Shown here in pieces: positions 28,475 through 37,900 of a DNA stretch of 46,271 nucleotides (within the stretch, counting starts at the first letter, position 1; each line of letters begins with the position of its first letter). The stretch spans positions 1-46,271 of the forward strand of contig JBBEBM010000005.1 in the NCBI GenBank assembly GCA_040882355.1, read 5' to 3'. Origin of the DNA: Dehalococcoidia bacterium. Lineage in GTDB: Bacteria > Chloroflexota > Dehalococcoidia > DSTF01 > RBG-16-68-14. The position numbers and the translations under genes were made by a program. Under the pieces are notes generated by a model, which was not told the DNA's origin, made no database searches, and saw only the letters and a program-made list of their open reading frames with translations.

Positions 28475-29320
28475 ATGGCCGAGCGCAGCCTTGAAGCGAC
28501 GTGCGGCGAGTGCGGCCGCCCCCTCTCCTTCCACCCCTGGGAGGAGCGCCCCGCGCGCTGCGATGTTTGCTTCGACACGTACCTTCGCGACATCGACCAC
28601 GACTTCCTTGAATCGTACGGGCAGCTTGGCGTGACGAGCAGGCGCACGGTCGCCGAGACGTGCCTGCGCGCGCTGGTGCTGGAGATGCCGCCCGCGCGCA
28701 AGATCCTGGCGATGGCGATCACCGAGCAGTTCTTGCTCGCCAGCAGCGACCTGATCGGCCTGTACCGCGCCCTCAAGGAGCGCGACCGCGAGCCGATCAT
28801 GCGCTCCTTCCTCTCGTTCCAGCTCGACGCCGACGCCTCCGCCGACTTCTTCAGCGAGCTGATCGATTCGTCCGAGGACGAGATGCTCGCCGCGCTCGGC
28901 CTGCCCGCGCCCGAAGAGCTGACGCGGCGCTACCCCGGCCTCGACGCGGTCGACACGCGGGAGGTGGGCCTCTCGCTGCGGGCGCTCGTGCGCGACCTGC
29001 GCCTGACCGCGGAGCGAAGCGCCTCGGCGCTGCTGCTGAGCGAGCTGGCCGACCAGGTGCGCGCGGGCCCCGCCCTGACGCAACACGCGTCGTGGCTGCC
29101 GCAGAACGGGCTGCGGGCGGACCAGGTCGCGACGCTCGTCCTGGACGAACGGCGGCGCATGCTCGTCGTGCAGGCGGTGCCCGTGGACGAAGACCGCCTC
29201 GCGGAGGTGGTGGACGCGATCGACTGCATGACGCGCGTGTCGTCGAACCTGATCTACGCCTACCTCACCCTCCAGGACGAAGAGGCGCGCCTGCGGGCGC
29301 TGAGCGAGGGACGGCGCTAG
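28475..29320 (+). CDS. Hypothetical protein with N-terminal CxxC...CxxC zinc ribbon
   Basis: CGECGRPLSFHPWEERPARCDVC; host-like codon usage. Confidence 0.75.
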   Translation: MAERSLEATCGECGRPLSFHPWEERPARCDVCFDTYLRDIDHDFLESYGQLGVTSRRTVAETCLRALVLEMPPARKILAMAITEQFLLASSDLIGLYRALKERDREPIMRSFLSFQLDADASADFFSELIDSSEDEMLAALGLPAPEELTRRYPGLDAVDTREVGLSLRALVRDLRLTAERSASALLLSELADQVRAGPALTQHASWLPQNGLRADQVATLVLDERRRMLVVQAVPVDEDRLAEVVDAIDCMTRVSSNLIYAYLTLQDEEARLRALSEGRR

Positions 29321-29357
29321 CATTAGCTACCGCCGATAGGCTAGAAATGGAGGCGGC

Positions 29358-31790
29358 ATGAAGACCACCCAAATCTACAAGCGACTAGCACAACTGGCCC
29401 GCGAGGATACGGCTATCCGCGACTTGCTGGGAGTGACTGACCATGTCTTTGAGGACTGCGTGAACATCACGAAGACGGTCACCACGCACATGCGGGAGTA
29501 CACGCTGCACGACGAGGTCCATCTCACGAACGTGGTCCAGCTCATGGACCGGCTCCTACCTGAGTCTATCCTGAAGCGCCTCCAGCCTCTTGAGCTTGCG
29601 GCGCTGATCATGAGCGCAGCGCTTCATGACATTGGCATGGCACCGCCCGAGGACGAGGTGCGGTCTCTGCTGCGCGCCGCAGAGGGCGAAGTAGAGGATG
29701 AGGCGCAGCTCCGTTACGCCTCATTCAGGCAAGCATACGGTCCCCTAATTCGAAGGCAGGAACGACTGCGTGCAGAACGCCGATACGCAGAGGCCCAGGA
29801 AGTAGAGGCATACCTTCTCGCCGAGTACCTGCGGCAAGACCATGGTGCCCGCTCACGCGAGGTGATATTCTCTCGCTTCGACAACCGCCTCAAGTACCGC
29901 GACTTCCACCTCGCAGGGCGCCTGGCCGAGGTGTGCGCCAGCCACACCGAGGACGTGGCAACGCTTGAAGAGATCCCATGCTGGGAGCTCGTCGCGCCGC
30001 CCGGCGAGTATGCCAACTGGCGCTTCGTCGCAGTCTTGCTACGCCTCGCCGACATCCTCGACTTCGATCCGAAGCGCACGCCGCGCGTGCTCTTCGAGCA
30101 CCTTGGTGTGCGAGACCCAATCAGCGTGCGAGAGTGGCGCAAGCACCGCGCTATCACTGGCTGGGACGTCGCCACAGGCAGGATCGCATTCTCGGCCCAG
30201 TGCCCAGATCCGGTCATAGAGAAGACCATTAGAGACTTCGTAGCGCTAATCGATCAAGAATTGACCGCGGCACGAGCCACGATCGCGGGAATGCACGACA
30301 AGAGGCAGCCCGGCCTTAGCGACAGGTACAGCCTGAATCTCCCTCCCAACGTCGAGACCGGCGACATCCGCGCAGCTGAGGGACGCGATGGTCCGCCATA
30401 TACATACGTCGATGTGGCGTTCGAGCTCGATCAGGACAGCGTCAAAGGCCTATTAATGGGAGTTCGCCTGTATGCGAATCGCCTGCTCTTCTTGCGTGAG
30501 CTGCTGCAGAACGCTGTTGACGCATGCCGGCACCGGGCTGCTTTGCATGCCCGGCGACCTGATCTCGGCAAGTACGAGCCGCGCGTGATCGTCCGTGCCT
30601 TGCGAGACGGCGGCCGGGAGTTCCTGGAAGTTGACGACAACGGAATGGGCATGAGCCAAGAGATAATACAGCGCTACTTTGCGAGGATAGGCACAAGCTA
30701 CTACTCATCGCCTTCCTTCCTCCAAGAGAGAGCGCGGTGGGGCCTACCATTCAAGCCAATCTCGCAGTTTGGGATCGGCGTTCTATCAGTCTTCATGGCC
30801 GGAGATTTATTGGAGGTGGAAACGCTGAGGTTCGGTGAGAACTCCCAGCCAGTAGCTACGGAGATCGCCAGCGAGGGATCCCTTTTCTGGTTCCGCAAAG
30901 GACATCGCAATGCTCCGGGGACTCGGATCTCAGTCCGTCTGGTTTCATCTTTGGAGAGACTGTTGGCAAATGCCAACTTGTTCCGCTACATGCCAATTAG
31001 CCAGCTACTGGGTCCTAGATCGAGCAACGACAGCGCCAACGCCCTAGTCAACGCTGTCTCACGCTTGGCGCCTCACGTCGAGATTCCAATTGAGGTTCAT
31101 GTGGGCGGTGAGACTTTCGTCCTGAAGATGTCGTGGCTAGCGTTTGATACAACGGCAGGGCAGACTCGGCGCATAGACCTGGATATGACTGGCCCTCACG
31201 CACTCCACGGCCTAACCGGCAGGGCCAGTGTCTTTCTCCTGACTTCGGGCGGGAAATTCGTATCAAGGATGACTCTCAGTGGCCAGACGAAGGCATCCTC
31301 CTGGGATGAGGTCCTCCATCTGCGGCATGATTTGCAAGATGGCAGCATCGTCTACAAGAATCGGCAGGACGCCGTGGGCTCCTATGTTCCCGATCTGGTT
31401 TCGACCGACGGCAGATGGAGTCAGCAGGGATTCACTGTCCCAGACAGGCTGTTCGACATTCTCTATATGAACGCCTTCGAGTTTCCGAGCTTTACACCGC
31501 TCACGCCCTTTCCATTTCCGATCCACTATGACATAGATTTATCAGATCCCTTGTGCCTTCCACTTACGGTAGATCGCAAGGAAGTTATTCGTGGCGAAGA
31601 GGCTGCAGCAATCGGCCTGAAGATATCGGGCACCTTGTCGCGCCGCTTCCTTGAGGTGCTGGGACCAGAAGCCGTGCAGCGTAATCGCGAGTTCTTTGAG
31701 CAGGCAAAGCTCGTCTTTCCAGACAGCCCATTCGCGGAAGCTCTAGATAGATTCCTCGCCACTCAAGCCAGGGAGCATCCGTTGGCATGA
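29358..31790 (+). CDS. HD-domain plus HSP90-like (GHKL) ATPase fusion protein
   Basis: YTLHDEVH, ALHDIGM, DHGARS, CASH, LRLADILD; then LRELLQNAVDA, DDNGMGM, SQFGIG, GTRI; lower GC. Confidence 0.88.
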   Translation: MKTTQIYKRLAQLAREDTAIRDLLGVTDHVFEDCVNITKTVTTHMREYTLHDEVHLTNVVQLMDRLLPESILKRLQPLELAALIMSAALHDIGMAPPEDEVRSLLRAAEGEVEDEAQLRYASFRQAYGPLIRRQERLRAERRYAEAQEVEAYLLAEYLRQDHGARSREVIFSRFDNRLKYRDFHLAGRLAEVCASHTEDVATLEEIPCWELVAPPGEYANWRFVAVLLRLADILDFDPKRTPRVLFEHLGVRDPISVREWRKHRAITGWDVATGRIAFSAQCPDPVIEKTIRDFVALIDQELTAARATIAGMHDKRQPGLSDRYSLNLPPNVETGDIRAAEGRDGPPYTYVDVAFELDQDSVKGLLMGVRLYANRLLFLRELLQNAVDACRHRAALHARRPDLGKYEPRVIVRALRDGGREFLEVDDNGMGMSQEIIQRYFARIGTSYYSSPSFLQERARWGLPFKPISQFGIGVLSVFMAGDLLEVETLRFGENSQPVATEIASEGSLFWFRKGHRNAPGTRISVRLVSSLERLLANANLFRYMPISQLLGPRSSNDSANALVNAVSRLAPHVEIPIEVHVGGETFVLKMSWLAFDTTAGQTRRIDLDMTGPHALHGLTGRASVFLLTSGGKFVSRMTLSGQTKASSWDEVLHLRHDLQDGSIVYKNRQDAVGSYVPDLVSTDGRWSQQGFTVPDRLFDILYMNAFEFPSFTPLTPFPFPIHYDIDLSDPLCLPLTVDRKEVIRGEEAAAIGLKISGTLSRRFLEVLGPEAVQRNREFFEQAKLVFPDSPFAEALDRFLATQAREHPLA

Positions 31791-32413
31791 AAAGTAAGCT
31801 GACCGTCGCGCGCGGGTACGACCGCATCGCGGAGGGGTACCTGCTCTGGCGCACGACGCTCGGGCGTGAGAAGCGCGACCTCGGCTACATCGAGCGGCTC
31901 GCCGAGGGTCTGCCGGAGGGCGCCCGCGTGCTCGACCTCGGCTGCGGGGCGGGCACGCCGTACACCGCCTACCTGAGCGAGCGCTTCGAGGCGTTCGGCA
32001 TCGACATCTCGCGGGCGCAGCTTGCGCTGGCGCAGGTGCACGCGCCGAAGGCGTCGCTGGTGCTCGGCGACATGGCGTCGCTGCCGTTCGCGACGGCGTC
32101 GTTCGACGCGATCACCGCCATCTACTCGATCATCCACGTGCCGCGCGAGGAGCACGAGGCGCTGCTCGCGGCGCTGCACACGCTGCTGCGGCCGGGCGGT
32201 CGGGCGCTCGTCGTGCTGGGCGCGAACGCGTGGGAGGGCGTCGACGAGGACTGGCTCGACCTGGGCGCGACGATGTTCTGGAGCCACTTCGACGCGGAGG
32301 CGAGCCGGTCGATGATCGAGGGCGCGGGGTTCCGCGTGCTCGAGTCGGCGATCGAGGAGGACGACGACCACGACTCGTGGCACCTCTTCGTCGTCGCGGA
32401 GAAGCCGGCATGA
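31787..32413 (+). CDS. Class I SAM-dependent methyltransferase
   Basis: VLDLGCGAG, GIDIS, LRPGG. Confidence 0.9.
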   Translation: MKSKLTVARGYDRIAEGYLLWRTTLGREKRDLGYIERLAEGLPEGARVLDLGCGAGTPYTAYLSERFEAFGIDISRAQLALAQVHAPKASLVLGDMASLPFATASFDAITAIYSIIHVPREEHEALLAALHTLLRPGGRALVVLGANAWEGVDEDWLDLGATMFWSHFDAEASRSMIEGAGFRVLESAIEEDDDHDSWHLFVVAEKPA

Positions 32414-33435
32414 AGCACGATCACCTCTCGCTGGACGCGATCACGGACGTGACCGGCGTCAAGGTCGGCCACTGGAGCGACAGGCGCGGCGCAACCGGCT
32501 GCACGGTCGTCCTCTGCCCGCCCGAGGGCGCGGTCGGCGGCGTCGACGTGCGAGGCGGCGCGCCCGGCACGCGCGAGACCGACGCGCTCCGGCCGGGCCG
32601 CCTCGTCGAGCGCGCGCACGCGATCGTGCTCGCGGGCGGGTCGGCGTTCGGCCTGGACGCCGCTGGCGGCGTGATGCGCTACCTGGAGGAGCAGGGCGTC
32701 GGCTACGCGTTCGGCGCAGGCACCCCGCGCGTCGGGGTGGCCCGCATCCCAATGGTCGCCGCCGCCTGCATCTTCGACCTCGGCATCGGGCGAGCGACGG
32801 CGCGACCGGACGCCGACTCGGGCTATCGCGCTGCGAAGTCGGCGAAGGGCGGCGCGGTCGACCAGGGCAGCGTCGGCGCGGGCACCGGTGCGACCGTCGC
32901 GCACGCCGGCGGTCGCGAGCGCCAACTGAAGGGCGGTGTCGGCACCGCGTGCGAGCGCGGCCCGGGCGGCCTGCTCGTGGGCGCGCTCGCCGCCGTCAAC
33001 GCCGCCGCCGACATCTTCGACCCCGCCACGGGCCGCGTCATCGCGGCGCCGCGCGCGGACGGCGGCGGCTTCATGGACGGCTGGGAGCTCGTGCGCACAG
33101 CGGCGACGCCGGAACCGCAGCCCGGCGAGCACACCACGCTCGCCGTCGTGGCAACGAACGCGCGGCTCACGAAGGAGCAGACGAACCGAGTCGCGGCGGT
33201 CGCTCACGACGGCTTCGCGCGGGCGGTGCGCCCCGCGCACACGATGGTCGACGGCGACACCGTCTTCGCGCTCGCGACGGGCGAGCTGCCCGTCGACGAG
33301 CCGCGCCTCATTCGCGCGGTCGAGGCGCTGGCCGCGCGCGCAGTCGAACGCGCGATCGTGCGGGGCGTGCTCTGCGCGACGGCGCTCGCGGGCGTGCCGT
33401 CGGCGCAGGAGTGGCTGGCGGAGTCGATGGGGTAG
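32410..33435 (+). CDS. P1/S58 (DmpA-like) peptidase
   Basis: ITDVTGVKVGH, DVRGGAPGTRET, GGSAFGL, GAGTGA, HTTLAVVATN, DGDTVF. Confidence 0.9.
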   Translation: MKHDHLSLDAITDVTGVKVGHWSDRRGATGCTVVLCPPEGAVGGVDVRGGAPGTRETDALRPGRLVERAHAIVLAGGSAFGLDAAGGVMRYLEEQGVGYAFGAGTPRVGVARIPMVAAACIFDLGIGRATARPDADSGYRAAKSAKGGAVDQGSVGAGTGATVAHAGGRERQLKGGVGTACERGPGGLLVGALAAVNAAADIFDPATGRVIAAPRADGGGFMDGWELVRTAATPEPQPGEHTTLAVVATNARLTKEQTNRVAAVAHDGFARAVRPAHTMVDGDTVFALATGELPVDEPRLIRAVEALAARAVERAIVRGVLCATALAGVPSAQEWLAESMG

Positions 33436-33473
33436 AAGGCGGTGGATACATCCTCAAGAAGGAGAGTTCTCTT

Positions 33474-33560
33474 ACCCGCCCATCCCGCCCAAAGACGCAA
33501 TTTACATCCTGGGGGACACCCCCAAACCCCCGGCAGGGGGCGCCGCCCCCTGCACCTCCG
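33474..33560. repeat. GGGGACAC-type repeat copy
   Basis: GGGGGACACCCCCAAACCCCCGGCAGGGGGCGCCGCCCCCTGCACC. Confidence 0.75.
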
Positions 33561-33625
33561 CCTGCGCACGCGAATCGCGTATCTGCGATTGCAGAGTGGG
33601 CCCCCAATCACCAGCAACGTCTGAT

Positions 33626-34720
33626 CTAGGGCAGGGACTCGCTGAGGCGGCTGGGTGGGCGTGGCTCGGAGCAGGCGGGCGTCGTGTTGGCGAATGCCCA
33701 GTCGAAGAGGGCGGTGGCATCGGCATAGCGGTCCCAGCTTCCCAGCAGCGAGAGGAGGACGGTGCGCCCGTCGCGCTCGGCCGCCGCGACGATCGACTGG
33801 CCCGCCGCGGCCGTATAGCCTGTCTTGACACCGATGGCGCCGGGGTACTGGTAGAGGAGCTGGTTGCCGTTCCACACGGGCGGCGCCTCCCAGCCAGGCT
33901 GATACGTCTTCGTGCTCACGATCGCCGCAAGCTCAGGCCGTGAGAGGAGTTTTCGTCCGAGCACGGCGATGTCGAAGGCCGACGTGTAGAGGCCCTGCTC
34001 ATCGAGCCCGTGCGGGTTGGTGAAGTGGGTGTTGTGCAAGCCGAGCTCGGTCACCTTCAGGTTCATCATCTGGACGAAGGCAGGCACCGTGCCGCCAACG
34101 TGCTGACCGATAGCAAGCGCCGCGTCGTTGCCGGACGGCAGGAGCAGCCCGTAGAGGAGGTCTTGCATGCTCAGGCGCTGGCCGGGCTGCAGGCCCATCA
34201 CCGACGAGCCGTTCGACGCCTTCATGAGCGCGCCGTTCACGTCGATGTCCACCAGCTCGTCGAAGAGGGCGTGATCATCGGCGACCAGGGCGGTGACGAT
34301 CTTCGTCAGGCTCGCCGGCGCGACGCGCTGATGCGGCTCTTTGGTGTAGAGGAGGGCGCTGCACGACGGCTCCATGACGACGACGCTGCGAGCGCTCACT
34401 TGCGGCGCGGGCACGGCCGTCGGCGTTGCCTGGGGAGGCGCCCCGGGTCCGCTGCAATCTGAGCCCTGGCATTCGGTCGTGGCATTGTCGCACGCGTCGC
34501 CCGGCGCGCAGCCGTCCGAGAGCACGACGGACTGCGGCGTGGCGGTCGATTCGGCGGTGGGCGGGGCGCTGACGCTGGATCCGTCCGACGTTCCCGCCGA
34601 TGAGAAGGAGCGGTAGGCCAGCGCGGCGATGACGAGGACACCTGCCAGGAGGACGACCGTCCACCACAGCCGGTCCGACCGGCGGCGGGGCGGTGGGCGC
34701 CCGTACCAGAGCGAGGGCAT
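33626..34720 (-). CDS. D-alanyl-D-alanine carboxypeptidase (peptidase S11)
   Basis: TM anchor; SxxK (ASLTK), SGN, NPHGL, KTG. Confidence 0.93.
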   Translation of the reverse strand: MPSLWYGRPPPRRRSDRLWWTVVLLAGVLVIAALAYRSFSSAGTSDGSSVSAPPTAESTATPQSVVLSDGCAPGDACDNATTECQGSDCSGPGAPPQATPTAVPAPQVSARSVVVMEPSCSALLYTKEPHQRVAPASLTKIVTALVADDHALFDELVDIDVNGALMKASNGSSVMGLQPGQRLSMQDLLYGLLLPSGNDAALAIGQHVGGTVPAFVQMMNLKVTELGLHNTHFTNPHGLDEQGLYTSAFDIAVLGRKLLSRPELAAIVSTKTYQPGWEAPPVWNGNQLLYQYPGAIGVKTGYTAAAGQSIVAAAERDGRTVLLSLLGSWDRYADATALFDWAFANTTPACSEPRPPSRLSESLP

Positions 34721-34813
34721 CGGGGCCTACTATAACAGGGTGTTCGAATATGGGCTAGGCGGGTTCGCCTACGGCGGGCGCATCTGAACGTTCGAAGAGA
34801 ACAGATGTTGTCT

Positions 34814-34918
34814 ACCCGCCCGCCCAGGAAGGAAAATGGAGTCTGGGGGACACTCCTTCGGCTCCGCTCAGGACAGGCCTCAGGCCCCCGGCAGGCGCCT
34901 CTGGCGCCCTGCACCCCC
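34814..34918. repeat. GGGGACAC-type repeat interrupted by the 24-nt element
   Basis: GGGGGACAC[TCCTTCGGCTCCGCTCAGGACAGG]CCTCAGGCCCCCGGCAGG. Confidence 0.78.
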
Positions 34919-34924
34919 GCTTCG

Positions 34925-36448
34925 CTAGCGGTAAGGACTCCAGCGGCCGCCGCGCTCCATGAACCAGCGGAACATGTCGCGGCGGCTGACCGGGCCGCGC
35001 GGCGCCCAGACCATCTCGTGCGACCGCGGGTCGAGCTCGTGGTAGGCGCTGCGCAGCCGTTCGAGCTCGTCGGTGTCCAGGGCGCAGCGCTGGGCTTCGG
35101 CGTCGACGCCGTAGAGTTTCGCTGCGTTCAGGCCGAAGACCCTCGCCTTGAGGTCGGGCGTCAGCTCCGGGTAGCCGTGCTCCTGCGCCAGCTCCGGGTC
35201 GATCTGGAACGCGCGGAACGCGACGATCTGCGGCTGCGGCCCGCCGTACCAGATGGAGTCGGTGCCCCAGACGACGCGGTCCTCGCCGACGTACTTGAGC
35301 AGCTTGCCGAGCACGTGCGCCGCCTGCGTGGGGTTGCTCATCACGCCGCGCCAGGTCGAGCCCAGCTCCGCCCAGACGTTGCTGTTCGGCTCGATGTCGT
35401 TGTCCTCCAGGCTCTTGATCAGCGCATTCACGCCAACGGCGTTCGCGGCGTCATAAGGCCCTTCGGCACCGGCGTTCATCGGGTCCCAGCCCGAGTGGTA
35501 GACGACGAACTGCATGTCGGGGTAGGCCTTCGCGACGACGCCGATGTCGCGCGGCGACGCATACGACGGGTCGAAACCGAAGAGCGGCAGGCCCTTATGC
35601 GTGCAGATCATCTTCACGCCCGTCTCGCGCGCCTTCTCGATCATCGGGATGCCGTACTGCTCGTCGTCCAGGAACCAGCCCTGGCCCGTCGTGCCGGCGT
35701 AGGGCGTGTACACCTTCCAGGCGGCGACGTCCGTCGTCTCAGCGCGCGCCTGCATCAGGTCGAGCTGGTCCTCGATGCGACCGACGTTGGGCATGACGAT
35801 GCTGTGCAGCAGCAGCCGCGACGCCCCGCCGGCCGAGAGGCGGTCGATGATCTCGTGCGTTCGACGCGACTCCTCGAACGTGAGCGGGTCGACGTTGTCG
35901 GTCGGCGCGGGCGTGTCGGAGAGCACGCCCATCGTTGTGTCGCTGTCGAGGAAGATGTCCTTAAGGTAGTAGTAGCGGCTGGCGCATTCGACGCGGTCCG
36001 ACTCGCTGCAGCCCGGATCGGGCACGTTCTGGAGGAAGGCGGCCATGCCCGGGTTCGTCTGCACCCACGGCCCCTCGGGCGTGACGTGATGCGTCTGGAT
36101 GTCGAAGATGAACTCCTCGCCGTCGAGCAGCTCGCAGACGGCTTCCGGGTCCGGCTCGGTCGGCACCGCGAACGTGCCACCGGGACGTACCTCCTTGTCG
36201 TCGTCGCCCCGGCAAGCCACAAAGTTCACCGCACCGAGCGTTACGGCGAGCCCGCCGAGGCCCGCGAGGAAGCGCCGCCTGTCCACGCGCTGCTTGCGCG
36301 CGATCTCCTCCGCCCGCTCCATGGCGAGAGCGGCGATCATGCGGTGGGCGCGCGTCGGCGCCGGCGGGACGAACTCGCCGTTACTGACGGGGCCGGGCTG
36401 GAAGGGGAGGAGGATCGGCAGCTCGGGATCGGTCTTCCTGGCTCGCAT
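34925..36448 (-). CDS. Amidohydrolase family protein with a twin-arginine-like motif
   Basis: FDIQTHHV, ICTHKG, VVYHSG, VWGTDSIW; internal RRRFL followed by a hydrophobic stretch. Confidence 0.88.
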   Translation of the reverse strand: MRARKTDPELPILLPFQPGPVSNGEFVPPAPTRAHRMIAALAMERAEEIARKQRVDRRRFLAGLGGLAVTLGAVNFVACRGDDDKEVRPGGTFAVPTEPDPEAVCELLDGEEFIFDIQTHHVTPEGPWVQTNPGMAAFLQNVPDPGCSESDRVECASRYYYLKDIFLDSDTTMGVLSDTPAPTDNVDPLTFEESRRTHEIIDRLSAGGASRLLLHSIVMPNVGRIEDQLDLMQARAETTDVAAWKVYTPYAGTTGQGWFLDDEQYGIPMIEKARETGVKMICTHKGLPLFGFDPSYASPRDIGVVAKAYPDMQFVVYHSGWDPMNAGAEGPYDAANAVGVNALIKSLEDNDIEPNSNVWAELGSTWRGVMSNPTQAAHVLGKLLKYVGEDRVVWGTDSIWYGGPQPQIVAFRAFQIDPELAQEHGYPELTPDLKARVFGLNAAKLYGVDAEAQRCALDTDELERLRSAYHELDPRSHEMVWAPRGPVSRRDMFRWFMERGGRWSPYR

Positions 36449-36536
36449 GGGCGCCTCCCGGGAAACTGAACGGCGTTCAGTGCGTTACGGATGGATCGTC
36501 GCAGATTGGGAGTGCGATGGCAAGATGACGATGCAG

Positions 36537-36560
36537 GCAGACCTGAAGGTCCGCAGCTAC
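36537..36560. repeat. GTAG-type REP
   Basis: GCAGACCTGAAGGTCCGCAGCTAC; relatives at 38194 and 45181-45233. Confidence 0.75.
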
Positions 36561-36637
36561 GGATAACTCGTCGCGTCTGTCGCCGTCGGGCTGTCGCCAG
36601 AGGCCGACTCGCTGCGGCGAGATGCCCGACCCGCAGA

Positions 36638-37822
36638 CTAAGCGAGCTCGCCCAGCATCGCCCGGTAGGAGGCGAGCCGCTCGTGCAGGAACGAGTCGCG
36701 CGCGGCGCCCGTCGCGACGGCGCAGTCGGGCTCGCGGCGGTGGAGGCAGTCGTGGAAGGCGCAGCCTGGCGCGAGCGACGCGATGTCCGGGAAGTGCGAC
36801 GCCAGCTCGCGGGCGGCGACGCCACCGATGCCGAACGCGCGAATGCCGGGCGAATCGACGACGAAGGTGTCGGGCAGCGAGAGCGGGACGAGCCGCGCCG
36901 ACGACGTCGTGTGGCGACCCTTGCCCTGCCCGGCCGTCGCCTCGGTCACTGTGCCGACGCGCAGCGCGAGGCCCGGCTCGACCGCGTTCAGCAGCGAGCT
37001 CTTGCCGACGCCCGAGTGGCCGGTGAGCAGCGAGACGCGCCCCTCGAGCCGCGCCCGCAGGTCGTCGAGGCCGGCCCCGGACAGCGCACTGACGCGGAGC
37101 GCGTCGACGCCGAGACCGGCGTAGCCTGCGAGGTACGCCTCCACTGCCGCGGAGACGCCGAGGTCAACCTTGTTGAGGCAAACGACAACGGGCAGCGCGT
37201 CGCGCGAGGCGGCGACGAGGTAGCGGTCGATCAGGCGCGGGCGGAACGGCGGAGCGGCAGGCGAGCAGACGACGATCACCTGGTCGATGTTCGCGGCGAG
37301 CACCTGTCCCTTGTGCAACGGGTCGCGTCGGCTCGTATCGGAGACGTCGCGGACGAGCGCGCTGCGCCTCGGCAGCACGTGGACGATGCGCGCTTCGCCC
37401 CGAGAGACGGGCGTCAGCTCGACGCGGTCGCCGACGGCAAGCGGGCTCCGCATGACCGGGTCGACGAGCCGGCTGCCGGGCGGCAGCAGCGCCCGCACAA
37501 CGTGGCCTTCGCAGGAGACGAGCGAGTCGCGGGAGCGCACCTCGATGACGGTACCCGTGAGGGCGGCCGAAGACGGCTCCTGTTCGACGGCGGCCGGCGC
37601 GGGCGGTGGCAGGTCCAGCGCGTTCTGGCGGCGGATCTTCTCGCGGGTGGCGTAGCCGTCGTCCTCCGCGTCCCAGCCCTTGCGCCGGGGCGGCGCTCCG
37701 CGGCGGAGGGATCGGTCCAGCACGCGCTGCCGCTGCGCCTCCCCGACCTGCTGGCGCTGTTCCTTGTGCTGGAAGTGCTTCTTGAGAGACTTGACCTGAC
37801 GGTCGGTGAGCTTATGGGACAC
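36638..37822 (-). CDS. rsgA: Ribosome small subunit-dependent GTPase A
   Basis: OB fold (VGDRV), NKVD, GHSGVGKSS, GRHTT, DSPG, zinc site CAFHDCLH.EPDC. Confidence 0.95.
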   Translation of the reverse strand: MSHKLTDRQVKSLKKHFQHKEQRQQVGEAQRQRVLDRSLRRGAPPRRKGWDAEDDGYATREKIRRQNALDLPPPAPAAVEQEPSSAALTGTVIEVRSRDSLVSCEGHVVRALLPPGSRLVDPVMRSPLAVGDRVELTPVSRGEARIVHVLPRRSALVRDVSDTSRRDPLHKGQVLAANIDQVIVVCSPAAPPFRPRLIDRYLVAASRDALPVVVCLNKVDLGVSAAVEAYLAGYAGLGVDALRVSALSGAGLDDLRARLEGRVSLLTGHSGVGKSSLLNAVEPGLALRVGTVTEATAGQGKGRHTTSSARLVPLSLPDTFVVDSPGIRAFGIGGVAARELASHFPDIASLAPGCAFHDCLHRREPDCAVATGAARDSFLHERLASYRAMLGELA

Positions 37823-37843
37823 AGTTAGCTCCTCACGCTGAAC

Positions 37844-37873
37844 AAACGAAAACGGTCGGGGCGTCCCCGACCG
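37844..37873 (-). terminator. Intrinsic terminator inside the rsgA leader
   Basis: Minus strand CGGTCGGGG-ACG-CCCCGACCG-TTTTCGTTT, about 20 nt before the rsgA start. Confidence 0.8.
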
Positions 37874-37900
37874 CTCAGCATGAGGGAACCGAGTCCCCTC

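Noticed and set aside
34805..37828. Long plus-strand ORFs (554 aa and 445 aa) and similar antisense ORFs across the window
   Set aside because: They are shadows of real genes in GC-rich DNA, with Arg/Ala/Pro-rich translations and no motifs.
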